Shown: one piece after another, positions 23,414-36,959 of the stretch
Layout of the letters: each line of letters begins with the position of its first letter
Position numbering within the stretch: position 1 is the stretch's first letter
Origin: Octopus sinensis
Lineage: Eukaryota
Assembly: GCF_006345805.1 (NCBI RefSeq)
Contig: NW_021833999.1
Span: forward strand, 1-51,337
Direction of reading: 5' to 3'
DNA: 51,337 nucleotides
The notes under the pieces: model-generated
The model's input: the letters and a program-made list of their open reading frames with translations, nothing else
Database searches by the model: none
What the model was told of the DNA's origin: nothing
Position numbers and translations under genes: made by a program

Positions 23414-23763
23414 GGTGCAGGCTTGGTTGTATGGTTAAGAAGGTGGGCTTCCCAGCTACGTGATCTTGGTTTCAGTCCTACTGTGAGGCACCTGAGGCCG
23501 GTGTCTTCTCCCATAACCCCAGACCGGCCAATGTCTTGTGAAGGAATTTGGTAGATGGAAACTGTGTGGAAACCTGTTGTGTGTGTGTATGCCTGCCTTT
23601 GGGTATGTCCCTCCCCCCAATTCGATGCTGGTTTGTTTACGTCCCTGTAACTTAGTGGTTTAGCAGAAGAAACTGATAGAATGAGTACTGGAGTCTGTCT
23701 ATTTGACTAAGCCTTTCTGAGCAGTGCCCCAGCATGGCCACAGTCTATTGACTAGAACAAGTT
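23414..23763 (+). mobile_element. SINE family A, diverged
   Basis: Head GGCTTGGTTGTATGGTTAAG...TTCAGTCCTACTG; tail GCATGGCCACAGTC. Confidence 0.75.
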
Positions 23764-24134
23764 CACATCTACTACATTCTCCATTGGCTGGCCGTGGGCT
23801 ACAGTGCAAGATCTTTGTCCAAGGTGCCGCACAGTGGGACTGAACCCGAAACCACGTGGTCGCAAAGCTAACCCCTCAATTCTACAACCATACTTGTATC
23901 TGTCTGTCTGTCTGCCTGACTACATGTCTCTCTGCCTGTCTGTCTGTCTATCTGTCTATCTTTTAGTTGTTTCAGATTTTTGACTGCCGTCATGGTGGGG
24001 CACGCTAGAGAGTTAATCATATTGTACCAGAAATTATTTTAATAAAAATGTTTAGTGTGTGTGGATAAAATTAATATATAATACAAAAATAACTTCTCTC
24101 TCTCTCTATTTCTCTATCTCTATAACTCCTCTAT

Positions 24135-24261
24135 GTATCTGTCTGTCTGTCTGTCTATCTATTGCTCTGTCTTTCTGTCTGTCTGTCTGTCTATCTATTG
24201 CTCTGTCTTTCTGTCTGTCTGTCTATCTATCTATCACTCTATCTGTCTGTCTATCTATCGC

Positions 24262-24292
<31 letters not shown>

Positions 24293-24430
24293 GTCTATCT
24301 ATCTATCTATCTATCTGTCTGTCTATCTATCTGTCTATCTATCTATCTGTCTGTCTGTCTATCTATCGCTCTGTCTGTCTGTCTATATATCACTATCTAA
24401 TTCTCTCTGTCTGTCTGTCTGTCTGTCAAT
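24135..24430. repeat. Compound (TCTG)n/(TCTA)n tetranucleotide repeat
   Basis: Direct reading; it produces the spurious LSV/CLS-rich ORFs. Confidence 0.97.
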
Positions 24431-25658
24431 CAATCAATCAAAAAAGTGCTGGAAATGTTTTCTAAACAGGTATATATACTATACATAACTTTGTTAATGG
24501 TATCATGTTCAGGTGGGTATGAGTTACTCATGAGATGCGCTAAAAATAACAGCTAGATAGACCTTAAATTATGCACCAAAATTATAATTTTATATATATA
24601 TATATGTGTGTGTGCGTGAGTGTGTGTCTGCAAGTGATGATGTTTACAGAGCTGCTTTTAATTTGTTTACAGTATTCTTCGACACCATGTCTGGCCGTGC
24701 TTTGAAAGAGGTAGGAATTGGTGACAGGAAGGGCATCTGGCCATAGAAAATCTACCTCAATAAACTCCATCTGACCCTTGAAAGCTGGGAAAATTAGATG
24801 TTAAGAAGATGATAATGATACAGTGGTCATGGTTCAACTGTTAGGTCTTTGTACCAGGTGAACTTCAGTATATTACCTGTTTTCCTTTCCCAGAGCAGTG
24901 ATCTAGATTTCATCCACTTTGTGGCTCTGATCCCAGAGAATTGAGGGACCAGGAACGAGCCTTTGAAAGGGTTCCTCCACCCCACACCTATCTGTTTCTT
25001 TTCACAATATCTTGACCATCTGCCTTCACTCTACTGGGCTATCGAAGGGGCCTGTATGTAGTATGTACTCAACAAGCAAGAAATAGTAGCCGGATTTCCC
25101 TCAGATCACATCTCACCTTCTGGGAGAATGGAACTTCTGGGACACATTGATGTGTTCCCTAAAGAATGGTAGGGAAACGTCTGTGATGACAACTGATCCC
25201 AAGCAGCCTTTCTGTTCTGTCTTTTATCGTGTACCTTTTATGTGTTTCCCTCATTGGACTAAGGCCATGTTGAGGCACTGCTTTGGAGGGTTTAATAGAA
25301 CATATTAACTCCAGTATGTATTTTATAATGCCTGGTACCACACAGTGGGACTGAACCAGAAACCACGAGATTGCAAAGCAAGCATCTTTACACATTGGTG
25401 ACATGAAGAAGAGAGGCTTGCATGCAAGGGTAACTCTCTTTTACTCTCTCTTTTACTTGTTTCAGTCATTTGACTGCGGCCATGCTGGAGCACCGCCTTA
25501 AATCGAGCAACTCGACCCCGGGACTTATTCTTTTTGTAAGCCCAGTACTTATTCTATCGGCCTCTTTTGCCGAACCGCTAGTTTCCCTCAAAAAATCTTT
25601 CTCAGACCTCCACGTGTGTGTGTGTATATAAATATATATGCATGTGTATATGTGTATA

Positions 25659-25865
25659 CAGGGTGGCCCAAATGTAGGTTTACAGTTATCACGTAGGCAC
25701 TTTAAATTTCTTTTAAAACATTTTATTACATTTAAATTTCTATCTTACAATTAACTAAATTAGCATAGAATAATGGTTTCATATATTTTTATAATTAAGA
25801 TCTAAACTGTTAATATATGAATTCGAAAGAGAAAGTTGAATAACTAAACCTGCTTTTGGGCCACC

Positions 25866-25868
<3 letters not shown>
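25659..25868. mobile_element. Tc1/mariner-type MITE, 210 bp
   Basis: TA|CAGGGTGGCCCAAA ... TTTGGGCCACCCTG|TA: 14-bp perfect TIR (24 bp with 2 mismatches) and TA flanks. Confidence 0.9.
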
Positions 25869-25914
<46 letters not shown>

Positions 25915-25916
25915 TA

Positions 25917-26132
25917 CAAGGGGTTGTGTAAAGTTCCTGGCTTTGGCTAAAAGAAAATACAAGAGGATCAGTTAATTACAATTTTATTCAACATATTCTC
26001 TTCTCAGATTCACACACTTATTGCAGTGATCCTTCAGTTTTTCTAAGCCCTGTGAAACAAGTGGGAAGGTTGGGCCTCCAACCAGGCCTTTTGCGATACC
26101 CTTAAAGCCAGGAACTTTTCAGCACCTTCTCG
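25917..26132. mobile_element. mariner-type MITE, 216 bp
   Basis: TA|CAAGGGGTTGTGTAAAGTTCCTGGCTTT ... AAAGCCAGGAACTTTTCAGCACCTTCTCG|TA, imperfect TIR. Confidence 0.8.
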
Positions 26133-26142
26133 TATATATATA

Positions 26143-26174
<32 letters not shown>

Positions 26175-26358
26175 CAGAGTGGTTGTATACATAACGTGAC
26201 AGTCCCATAAGGGAATTACACCACCGCTGTTTAGCCCTAGGAAGCATCGACGCTTCCTGTCGGCTTTGACACATTTTCTGTGTCCTTATATTTGCGAAGG
26301 GGAGGCAAGCACCCCCACCAGCTAGGATTCACATATATATATTAATGTTTGTGTTTAT

Positions 26359-26767
26359 ACTCTTACTCTTTTACTTGTTTCAGTCATGTGACTGCGGCCA
26401 TGCTGGAGCACCACCTTTAGTCGAGCAAATCGACCCCGGGACTTATTCTTTGTAAGCCCAGTACTTATTCTATCGGTCTCTTTTGCCGAACCGCTAAGTG
26501 ACGGGGACGTAAACACACCAGCATCGGTTGTCAAGCAATGCTATGGAGACAAACACAGACACACAAACACACATACACACACATATATATACATATATAT
26601 ATACAACCGGCTTCTTTCAGTTTCTGTCTACCAGATCCACTCACAAGGCATTGGTCGGCCCGGGGCTATAGCAGAAGATACCTGCCCAAGATGCCACGCA
26701 GTGGGACTGAACCCGGAACCATGTGGTTGGTTAGCAAGCTACTTACCACACAGCCACTCCTGCGCCT
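26359..26767 (-). mobile_element. SINE family A, full length, 26-bp TSD
   Basis: ATATATATATTAATGTTTGTGTTTAT at 26333-26358 and 26770-26795 flanks the element. Confidence 0.93.
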
Positions 26768-27910
26768 ATATATATATATTAATGTTTGTGTTTATGTTCA
26801 GTTATAATTAAAATTTCACATTAAGTTGATGGGTTATTCTATACTTTGTAGAGTACAGGTTGAGTTATGCTTAGACAAGAATATTGTTGACAGTAACTTT
26901 GAGGTTTTGGCCAGCTAAGCCATCATCCTTAACTGGCCAACACTTTGAAGTCAGAATAATATATATATATAACTTGGTTAGCATTGACTGTAGATTCAGT
27001 TGTTTGGTCAACTGAATTTCCTGTTTTCCATTGCATTGGTGTGTAATTGGCTAAATCTAAAGGGATATGAAAATTAAAATGGCTGTTGTTAAAGTGTGTA
27101 TACTTTTTTTTTGGTGTGTGGGGGCAACCTGTGTATGTTACATGCTTCATGCTTCATCATAACAATAACTGTTTTCAAAATAGTATCACTCTTCCAAGCA
27201 TTTTCCGATGAAACCTTAATGCAGACTCTAAGGAACAATAGAACCAAACAAGAAGTTGTTCTATCCTGGGTAAGTAAAATAATTACAGTGACAGCGAGCA
27301 GAGACATTAATGGGAACAGAGAAAAAAAAAACAAGACATTTTTAACCCATTAGCATTAAAGCCAGCCACAGCCAGCCAAAATATCCTACATGTTTTATGT
27401 TTAAACTGGTCAGATCCAGTCTTTCACAACAACGTTACAATTTCATTCTGAAAATAAGCAATCACATCATTGAAATATCAAAGCTATGAGATAATGCATG
27501 ATTAATTCAAGACAATGTGAATAAATAACACATTTGACAGAGTAATCTGAATGCTAAAGAGTTGATTTTACTGGCGATTTCCCCCTCATCAGCTGCCTGT
27601 CAAATATCCATGTGGTTTTGACACTTGCTGTTGACATTATGATTGATTACTCTACACCAGGCATGAGCAACCATTTTTGAGAACTGGGTCACATGTGACA
27701 TAGCTTACCATCCATCATTACTGAAAAAAATTCAAGGTTGCCATTCATAAAGCCCTGTGGGCTGCAGTTTCCCCACATACATATATGATGGGAATTTTTT
27801 TTAGTTTCCATGCACCAGATCTACTCTTAAGGCTTTAGTCGACCTGAGGCTATAGTCGAAGACACTTGCCCAAGGTGATACGCTGTGAAACTGAACTCGG
27901 AACCATGTGG

Positions 27911-28128
27911 TATCCCTACATAAATGTGGATGTTCTTTTGGAACAAACTTTACTGCTGTTCAAACCATGAGAGATCTTGGGTCTCAGCATTGGAGTTGGG
28001 GTTTTATCTCCCTGCTGGCGATATAAACAAACAAGCATACATTCTGCACCAAAAGCCTGTATGGGAGTTTCCCTCATGGTTTCTATCCCAGTATAGTTTG
28101 TTCTAACAGAACATCATGTTTAAATGGG
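27911..28128. mobile_element. MITE (family shared with 48101-48510)
   Basis: GATGTTCTTTTGGAACAAACTTTACTG ... CAGTATAGTTTGTTCTAACAGAACATC inverted ends. Confidence 0.75.
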
Positions 28129-28140
28129 AATAAATATTTA

Positions 28141-28352
28141 TTTCTTTATTGCTCACAGGGATCTAAACAGACGGGACAGACAGATTAAGTCGATTACATC
28201 GACCCAGTGCATAACTGGTACTTATTTAATTCACCCTGAAAGGATGAAAGGCAAAGTCGACCATGGCAGAGTTTGAACTCAGTACGTAATGACAGATGAA
28301 ATACCGCTAGACATTTTACCTGGCGTGCTAATGATTCTGCCAGCTTGCCACC
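28141..28352 (-). mobile_element. SINE family B
   Basis: TTTCTTTATTGCTCACAGGG...TGCCAGCTTGCCACC, flanked by the near-duplicate TGGG(A/G)ATAAATAT. Confidence 0.85.
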
Positions 28353-28984
28353 CTATGGGGATAAATATCTCAACTCCTATTGGTGTTACAAGGGCACCAT
28401 CACGAGATACAGTGGTGTGCATATGTCTGAATTTTGGGATCCGGCCGAGTTAAGCCCTCTTTGGTGTCCATAGTGGACATGCTTTATTTATTGAGCCCTG
28501 TCCCCATCCCACTCCACCCACCCAAAAGGATAAAATACAAAGTTAACCTTGGTGTGGTTTGAACCTCAGACTGCAGAGAAACAGAATGACTACCACAAAG
28601 CAGTATTCAGTCCGGTGCTTTAACAACTGTGCCGACCCACTTCTGTAACTGGTACTCGTTTATTGATCCTAGACAGATGAAAGGCAAAGGGTGGATCTGA
28701 GCAGTGTTTGAACTCTGAACGCAGTGGCCATCAATAACCACAAGGCATTTTGTCTGCTCTGATGATTCTGGCATTACCTCCCCACCCAGCCTCCTCTATC
28801 ATATTAAATAAATCAAACCTCCAATTTGTCTGATATTTTAACAGTGAGTTGGCAAGAAGCCACACAAAGAGAACATGGACCCTTTAACCCTAATCCACTG
28901 CCATAATCTCAGTATACTCTTGCTAGAAATAGCAGCTATATTCCCTTGTATCAGATTCTATTATCTTGAAGAAAAAACATAGAT

Positions 28985-29220
28985 ATACGGCGGGCTTCTT
29001 TCAGTTTCCGTCTACCAAATCCACTCACAAGGCTTTGGTTGGTCTGAGGCTATATATGGCGGGCTTCTTTCAGTTTCCGTCTACCAAATCCACTCACAAG
29101 GCTTTGGTCAGTCTGAGGCTATAGTAGAAGACACTTGCCCAAGGTGCCACGCAGTGGGACTGAACCCGGAGCCATATGGTTGATAAGCAAGCTACTTACC
29201 ACTCAGCCACTCCTGTGCCT
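28985..29220 (-). mobile_element. SINE family A 5' half with internal 69-bp tandem duplication
   Basis: GGCGGGCTTCTTTCAG at 28989 and 29058. Confidence 0.88.
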
Positions 29221-29784
29221 ATTGGTATTTATTTTATTGAATTGCCAAACCACATTTTTAACAAAAAGATGTATGCAGCCTACGCACCATTTTACATTCA
29301 TTTCTTCATGATTGTATGGCTTGGACAGCTCCTCTCCTAAACAGCCTCAGACTATTCCTTTTACACTCTGCTTGTTGCCTTTCCTTGCCTTTGGTCTTCA
29401 ATACAATTCTGATATTTCCTCGTGATGCGTTCTGGTTGATGGTCAACACACTTGTTCCACATATCAGACAGGGCTTCTTTCAGTTTGCTCTTTGAAGGGC
29501 ACACACAAATATCCCCACTCTTCATGGGGCAGAGCTATGCCACTTCTCACTACACTTGCTCTTGGACAAGCTAGGATGCCTCTTGCAAGAATTCACACCG
29601 CTTTTGACATATTGACGTACCATTTCTTTCTCCAAGTTGATGCTATCCATGTCCTGAAATTTCCTCAGACAAGCAACATTAGTAAAATGCTTCCAGAACC
29701 ATTAACATTTAGGTTTGGTCAAATTTTTCATGTATCTTTGAGTCTTATTGTTTTCCTGTTTTGCTGCTAATGTCTAAACCAATC

Positions 29785-30145
29785 ATCACCATCATCATCG
29801 TTTAACATCCATTTTCCATGCTAGCATGAGTTGGATGGTTCGACTGGGGTCTGGGAAGCCAGAAGGCTGCTCCAGGCTCCAGTCTGATCTGGCAGTGTTT
29901 CTACAGCTGGATGCCCTTCCTAACGCCAACCACTCTGAATGTAGTGGGTTCTTTTTACGCGCCACCGGCACAGGTGCCCGAGGAGGCTGGCAATGGCCAC
30001 GATTGGTTGGTGCTTTTTACGTGCCACCGGCATGGAAGCCAGTCATGGTGGCGCTGGCATTGACCATGTAAGGATGGTGCTTTTTACGTACCAGGGGAGG
30101 CTGGCAACGGCCACGATCGGTTGGTGGGTTTTACGTGCCACCGAT
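29785..30145 (-). mobile_element. Family C SINE-like copy
   Basis: (ATC)n GTTTAACATCC start and TTTTACGTGCCACCG repeats. Confidence 0.85.
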
Positions 30146-30728
30146 TAGTAACAAAATTTTGAGGTAGGGGGTAAGTTGATCACATTGACCCCTCTCCCCC
30201 ACCGACCAAAGATCGTCACCATTTTTCTGTTATTAACTAATCATTCCCCCCACCCTACTGTATATTGGAATGACGGATTTAGCTTTTTCCCTTTTGTTAA
30301 AAGTCTGCATTAATCCTTTTTTTCAACCCATTTATTTATTTTTTTTTTGTGGGGATGGTGGTTTGGATGGGTTGTTATTGTTTCTGTTGGGGTTACCACT
30401 TTAGTGGTATGCATGTCATCTCACTACTTCCCTGCAAGAAACCATGTTAAATTGTGAGTAAGTAAAACAAGCTAAACGAAAAGTGTGCCAAAATATTTTT
30501 TCTCCCCACAAAGAAATGGGAAAATATTTAAGAACAGTCTTTCACTTTTCTTTGTAATAAAGTCACTTGTACCAGTTACATACTAGGGTTGATCTATTCG
30601 ACGGGCCCCTTCCCCAGAAATTTCTGGCCTTGTGCCTAGAGTAGAAAATAATAAATCAGGACAGACTGAAAGAGATTATCTTCCCACAATAAGTAAAGGG
30701 AGCAATTTGTAACATATAATAACAAAAT

Positions 30729-31190
30729 TATTGTATATAGTGCTCAGGTGCACCACAACTTGTCAGGAGTGCATATAAAGCACATGCAGTAGTGTACAAA
30801 TGTCTGGAAAGCGAACAATGCATGAGTCAGGTACATGCTTGTGTGTGTATGGAGGGGAGAAAATCAGGTGTAGTGTTGGCGAATCTCAGAAAGCATGGAA
30901 GTTATGAAGGATGCAGTGCTCCGACAACTAACAACTGATGCCGGCAGTTTGTTCCATGCTTCAGCAACTCTCAGCGTGAAAAAATGTTTCCTAAAATCAT
31001 GGGAGCTGTGCTGTTTTCTGACTTTGTAAATATGTCCACGGGTGTTAGATGAGTGGAGTTTGAAAAGGTGCTCAAAGTTAGTTTGTGCGATGGTTGATAA
31101 TTTTATGGGTGTCTGCCAAGTCAGCTGCCAGACATCGGAGTTTCAATGTGTCCATGCCCAGGGAAGTAAGGCGTTCACTTTCCAGACAGT
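30729..31190 (-). mobile_element. CR1/L2-clade LINE 3' end, 5'-truncated
   Basis: Minus translation ERLTSLGMDTLKLRCLAADL...HKII / TRGHIYKVRKQHSSHDFRKHFFTLRVAEAWNKLPASVV matches the post-RT C-terminal motif of CR1-type ORF2. Confidence 0.88.
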
Positions 31191-31214
31191 CAATAATTAA
31201 TAATAATAATATTA

Positions 31215-31431
31215 ATAATCCTTTCTACTATAGGCACAAGGCCTGAAATTTTGGGGGAGGGGACTTGTCGATTACATTGACCTTAGTGTTTCACTGTTAC
31301 TTAATTTATTGACCCTGAAAGGGTTTAAGGCAAAGTCGACCTCTGCAGAATTTGAACTCAGAATGTAAAGACAGATGAAATACCGTTAAGTATTTTGCCT
31401 GGTGTGCTAACGATTCTGCCAGCTCGCTGCC

Positions 31432-31466
<35 letters not shown>

Positions 31467-31968
31467 CCTTTCTACTGTAGGCGCAAGGCCTGAAATTTGG
31501 AGACAGGAGACTAGTTGAATATATTGACCCAGTATTTGACTGGTAACTAAATTTATTGACCCAGAAAGGATGGAAGGCAAAGTTGACCTTGACATAATTT
31601 GAACTCAAAACATAGCGATGGGCGAAATACCGCTAAGCATTTTGCCCAGAGAGCTAACGATTCTGCCAGCTTACCACCTTTAATGATGATAATAATAATT
31701 CTGTTAGCTCACTGCCTTAATAATAATAATAATAATAACAATAACAATAATAATAATAATAATTCTTTCTACTATAGGCACAAGGCGTGGAATTTGAGAG
31801 CAGGGTACTTGTTGATTACATTGACCCCTGTGTTTCACTGGTACTTAATTCATTGACCCCCGAAAGGATAAGTTGACCCCAGCAGCATTTGAACTCAGAA
31901 CATAGCGACGGGTGAAACACCACAATGCATTTTGCCTAGCATGTTAACGATTCTGCCAGCTTGCCACC

Positions 31969-31975
<7 letters not shown>
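31215..31975 (-). mobile_element. Three head-to-tail family B copies joined by (TAA)n
   Basis: CCTTTCTACT...CTGCCAGCT unit at ~31219, ~31467 and ~31765. Confidence 0.8.
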
Positions 31976-32002
<27 letters not shown>

Positions 32003-32095
32003 TAATGGTTTCAAATTTTGGCACAGGGCCATCAGGTTTTGAGGGAGCAAGCAAGTCAATTACATATATACCCCCAGTATTTGACTGGTATTTAC

Positions 32096-32500
32096 TCTTT
32101 TACTTGTTTCAGTCATTTGACTGCGGCCATGCTGGAGCACCATCTTTAATCGAGCAACTCGACCCGGGACTTATTCTTTGTAAGCCCAGTACTTATTCTA
32201 TCGGTCTCTTTTGCCGAACCGCTAAGTGACGGGGACGTAAACACACCAGCATCGGTTGTCAAGCAATGCTAGGGGAACAAACACAGACACACAAACACAT
32301 ACACACACATACATATATATATATATACATATATACGACAGGCTTCTTTCAGTTTCCATCTACCAAATCCACTCACAAGGCTTTGGTCAGCCCGAGGCTA
32401 TAGCAGAAGACACTTGCCCAAAGTGCTACGTAGTGGGACTGAACCCGGAACCATGTGGTTGGTAAGCAAGCTACTTACCACACAGCCACTCCTACGCCTA
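32096..32500 (-). mobile_element. SINE family A, full length
   Basis: Matches the copies at 5845 and 26359. Confidence 0.9.
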
Positions 32501-32981
32501 TATTATTGACTCTGAAAAGATGAAAGGCAAAGTCAACCTCGGTGGTATTTGAATTCAGAATGTAAAGACAGAGGAAATGCCGTTAAGCATTTTGCCGGGG
32601 CATGCTAACGATTATTAATTTAATTAGACTGGTACTCCATCAGTTACGGAAACAAGAATTCCAGTTGATCCGAGCAACGGAACAGCCTGCTCATGAAATT
32701 AACGTGCAACTGGCTGAGCGCTCCACAGACACATGAAACCCTTAATGTAGTTCTCAGGGAGATTCAACGTGACACAGAATGTGACCAGACTGGCCCCCCT
32801 TTGAAATACAGGTACTACTCATTTTTGCCAGCTGGGTGGACTGGAGCGACAAGAAATAAAGTGCCTGTTCAAGAGACACAGTGTGCCACCGCGAATTGAA
32901 CTCACGACCTTACGATCATGAACCAAATACCTTAACCTCTGAGCCACGTGTTTTCAACGAATAATATCATTCACCTTTTAA

Positions 32982-33202
32982 CCCTTTAGCATTTAAACTG
33001 GCCATATCCGGCCAAAGTTTTCTGCCTGTTTTATGTTCAAACTGGCCAGATCTGGTCTCTCACACCAACCCTACAATATCGTTTTAAAAATTAACAGCTA
33101 CCTCATCATAGTCTCATAGCTACGAGATAAATGCAAGATTAGTTCAAAATAATGTGGATAAAAAAGGATTAATTTTGGCAGAATAATGCGAACACTAAAG
33201 GG
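32982..33202. mobile_element. piggyBac-type MITE
   Basis: TTAA|CCCTTTAG ... CTAAAGGG|TTAA. Related pieces at ~27342-27565, 37618, 38150-38230 and 47800-47925. Confidence 0.8.
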
Positions 33203-33519
33203 TTAAGGTTAGGTGTGGCTTATTAACACAACGTGCTTTCTTCTGCAGAGAACAGGTGGAGCTTATCGACACACTGCTAAATTATGAAGATGGGTGTATA
33301 TAAGCCACATTTGTGTTATAAGCTGTTTGATTGATTATCATCTTGTATTTTTTTGCCCTTTTTTGCATCCTGCATGAAAAGTCTTGCTGTTTATACCTGA
33401 CCTCAAAGGGTGGTGGCTTGCTACTAATAACATTTATAATACTTTAAAATTTTGGTACAACACCTGTAATTTTTTTTTTAGAAGGAGGTGTTTTGCGAAC
33501 TACATCAAGATCAATATAC

Positions 33520-33740
33520 TCTTTTACTCTTTTACTTGTTTCAGTCATTTGACTGCGGCCATGCTGGAGCATCGCCTTTTAGTCGAGCAAATCGACCCCA
33601 GGACTTATTCTTTGTAAACCTAGTACTTATTCTATCGGTCCCTTTTGCCGAACCGCTAAGTAACAGGGACATAAACATACCAGCATCGATTGTCAAGCGA
33701 TGTTGGGGGGGGACAAACACAGACACACAAACACACACAC

Positions 33741-33780
<40 letters not shown>

Positions 33781-33942
33781 GACAGGCTTCTTTCAGTTTC
33801 CGTCTACCAAATCCACTCACAAGGCTTTGGTCGGCCGAGGCTATAGTAGAAGACGCTTGCCCAAGATGCCACGCAGTGGGACTGAACCCGGAACCATGTG
33901 GTTGGTAAGCAAGCTACTTACCACACAGCCACTCCTGCGCCT
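33520..33942 (-). mobile_element. SINE family A, full length
   Basis: Matches the family consensus, with central (TA)n. Confidence 0.9.
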
Positions 33943-34965
33943 ATATATGTACTTTATTTTATCAGCTCCTAAAGTACGAAAGGTAAAGACGACCTCCACT
34001 GAATTTGAACTCAGGAACAAAGAACTTTGAAGGATACAAGGAATGGCATCAAGTATTTTGTCCGATGCCCTCGCAGTTCTACCAGCTTATTGTCTTAGTG
34101 GTCTGCTGTTAAATTAAGCACGAAATTCTGTCTGTTCATCTGTCCAAGATCCCTGCATCTAAGTCTACATAGACATATTACACCTTTCTGGAATCAGGAT
34201 GATCCTGGAATTGAAAATCTGCCCTTCATTTGGTTCTTGAACACCCAGCATTGGGATCAGGTCTGGACGAGGTTGTGTTATGAGCCAACAGTTGAAAATT
34301 CCAATTTTAAAAGAACTTCCAAAATTTGCAAACTTATGAGCTTTTCATATAAACTGAATTTAAAGTAATACCCTATTTGGTAGGGGACCAATAACCGTTT
34401 TATCATTACTTTCTTTAGTTTTGGCCCAGAAGAGCTTCAGTTAGCCCTCCACAGGAGCTAGCTTAAAAATCTGCATAGAGTGTGACTTTTAAGCTAGTAT
34501 ATTACAAATGTAAACCTGATCTCTGTCTGTCTGGCCTCATGAAGGCCAACAACTTTGAGGTGAGGGGGTAAGTCAGTTATATTCGTCCCCAGTATATAAC
34601 TGGTGTTTCATTTTATGAATCCTGAAAGGATGAGGGACAACGTTGATCACGGCAGACATTTGAGGTCAGAATTTAAAGAACTAAAGGAAATACTGCTAAC
34701 CATTTTCTCTAACCATTTTCTTTGGTACAAGGCCAGTAATTTCTTTAGGTATGTTGTCAGCTGATTACATTGACCCCCAGTACTTGACTGGTACTTTATT
34801 TAATGAACCCAGATAGGATGGAAGGCCAATTCGACTTTGGTGGGATTTGAACCCAGAACATAAAGAGCCCAAAGAAATACATTTAAGGATTTTGTTTGAC
34901 ATGTTAACAATTCTGCCACACTGTTGCTCTAAACAATAATAATAATAATCCTTTCTTCTATAGGT

Positions 34966-35340
34966 GAAGGTGCATGGCTCAGTGGTTAGAGCATCAAGCT
35001 CACAATCATGAGGTAATGAGTTCAATTCCTGGACCAGGTTACGTGTTGTGTTCTTGAGCAAGACTCTTTACTTCACGTTGCTCCAGTTCACTCAGCTGTA
35101 GAAAATGAGTTGCGACGTCACTGGTGCCAAGTTGTATCGGGGCCCCTTTGCCTTTCCCTTGGATAACATCAGCGGCATGGAAAGGGGACACTGGTATGTA
35201 GTGGCATGGAGAGGGGGAGGCTGGTATGCATGGGCGACTGCTGGTCTTCCATAAACATCCTTGCCTGGACATGTGCCTCGGAGGAGTTCTTTCTAGGTGC
35301 AATCCCATGATCATTCATGACTGAAGGGGCTCTTTACCTT
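34966..35340 (+). mobile_element. tRNA-derived SINE family E
   Basis: GGTGCATGGCTCAGTGGTTAGAGC...GAGTTCAATTCC head; tail GGGGCTCTTTACC. Confidence 0.8.
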
Positions 35341-35561
35341 TCTTCTGCGGGCACAAGACCTGAACTCAGAACATGTAGCCAGAAGAGATGCATTTTGTCC
35401 AGTGTGTTAACAACTCGCCCAGCTCATTACCCAAACAACAACAACAGCAACAACAACAATAATTTCTGTCATAGGCACAAAGCCTGAAATTTTTGGGGAG
35501 GGCACTATCTGATTACATTGATTGCCAGTGTTCAATTGGTACTTATTTTATTGATCCCGAA

Positions 35562-35948
35562 AGGTTAAAGGGCCAAAAATTGACCTTAGCAGAATTTGAA
35601 CTCAGAACATAAAGACAGATGAAATGTCTCTAAATATTTTATCCAACATACTTACAATTTTAAGGGGATTGGGCTTAGTTGATTGCATCAACTCCCTTTT
35701 TTTCCCTCAGAACATGACTGGTATCATAAACCATATATTTTTATGGAAGTGACCTAGGTTAAAGGGCCTAAAATTGACCTTAGCAGAATTTGAACTCAGA
35801 ACATAAAGACAGATGAAATGTCTCTAAATATTTTATCCAACATGCTTACAATTTTAAGGGGATTGGGCTTAGTTGATTGCATCAACTCCCTTTTTTCCCC
35901 CAGAACATGACTGGTATCATAAACCATATATTTTTATGGAAGTGACCT
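35562..35948. repeat. 194-bp tandem duplication of decayed SINE sequence
   Basis: AGGTTAAAGGGCC...GGAAGTGACCT at 35562 and 35756. Confidence 0.93.
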
Positions 35949-35982
35949 GTCAACCTCATTTATTCAAATGACTTCAGTTGGT

Positions 35983-36175
35983 CATCATCATCATCATCAT
36001 CATCGTCGTTTAACATCCTCTTACCATGCTGGCATGGGTTGGACGGTTTGACTGAGGGCTGGCAAGCCAGGAGGCTGCACCAGGCTCCAGTCTGATCTGG
36101 CAGAGTTTCTACAGCTGGATGCCCTTCCTAACGCCAACCACTCTGAGAGTGTAGTGGGTGCCTTTTATGTGCCGT
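35983..36175 (-). mobile_element. Family C SINE-like 3' part
   Basis: (CAT)n CGTCGTTTAACATCC...GGTGCCTTTTATGTGCC. Confidence 0.85.
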
Positions 36176-36959
36176 GTTTGGCAAAACGGTTCTTTTTCTC
36201 ATTGCAAGGATGCCTCAGTGACGGTAAACCTACATCACTAATAACTTCAGGAAAGGCATGAATGTCACAGATTCCTATTTCACTCTCTTTTTTTTTACTA
36301 TTTATTAATTCAGTATTTTTTATTCATTTATTTATTAATTTTTTTTATTCAATCTTGTTGCTTAAACTTAGTTCCTCACATCGGAACAGGACTGCAGGTT
36401 ATTTAGGAAGAGGAGGTGGAGGGCAAGTGTGAGTAGCTGAATTGACACTCCCCCCTCATCTTTGCCCACCACACTATATATCTAAGTACGTTTTTTCCAT
36501 TGACCTCAGAGAGAAGAAAGAAGTTGGCATCTGTGGAATCTGAACCCATAATCTTGAGGAGTGGAACTAATTACTGCAAGTCACTTTTTTAACCCTTTTT
36601 TTGCCTATTTTTTGACAGTCCCAACTCTCTATGTAGATGAAAAAAAAACCCCACCCCAGAAATGTGGCCATCTCTTGTGAGCGAGTGTGACTTGGTGGTG
36701 TGTACCATGGTTTGTTTTAATTGTTTTAGGGGCCTGTGTGGTCGCAAGCAGACACAGGCACCCTCTTGGCCTGCCCATCCTTTGACTCTGCGGAACCTCC
36801 ATGAGGCGACAGCTAAAGAAAGAAAGAGAAATGGCTACTACCACTAGACATGTTCGTTTTTCAGCTCTGGATGCTGGGGCATTGTCAAACGAAGTGCCTT
36901 GCTCAAGGGCACAGTGTGACGCACGGTCCTGGCGTTGAGCCCATGGCTTTATGGTTGTA

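Noticed and set aside
24059-24488. Three overlapping 108-113 aa ORFs
   Set aside because: Tetranucleotide repeat translations.
24860-24990. Minus-strand open frame ending at CAG|GTAATA
   Set aside because: No plausible acceptor upstream and no recognisable peptide.
29300-29700. Minus-strand KLKEALSDMWNK...CIE, reminiscent of a Tc1 transposase C-terminus
   Set aside because: No DDE motif or TIRs seen; similarity too weak.
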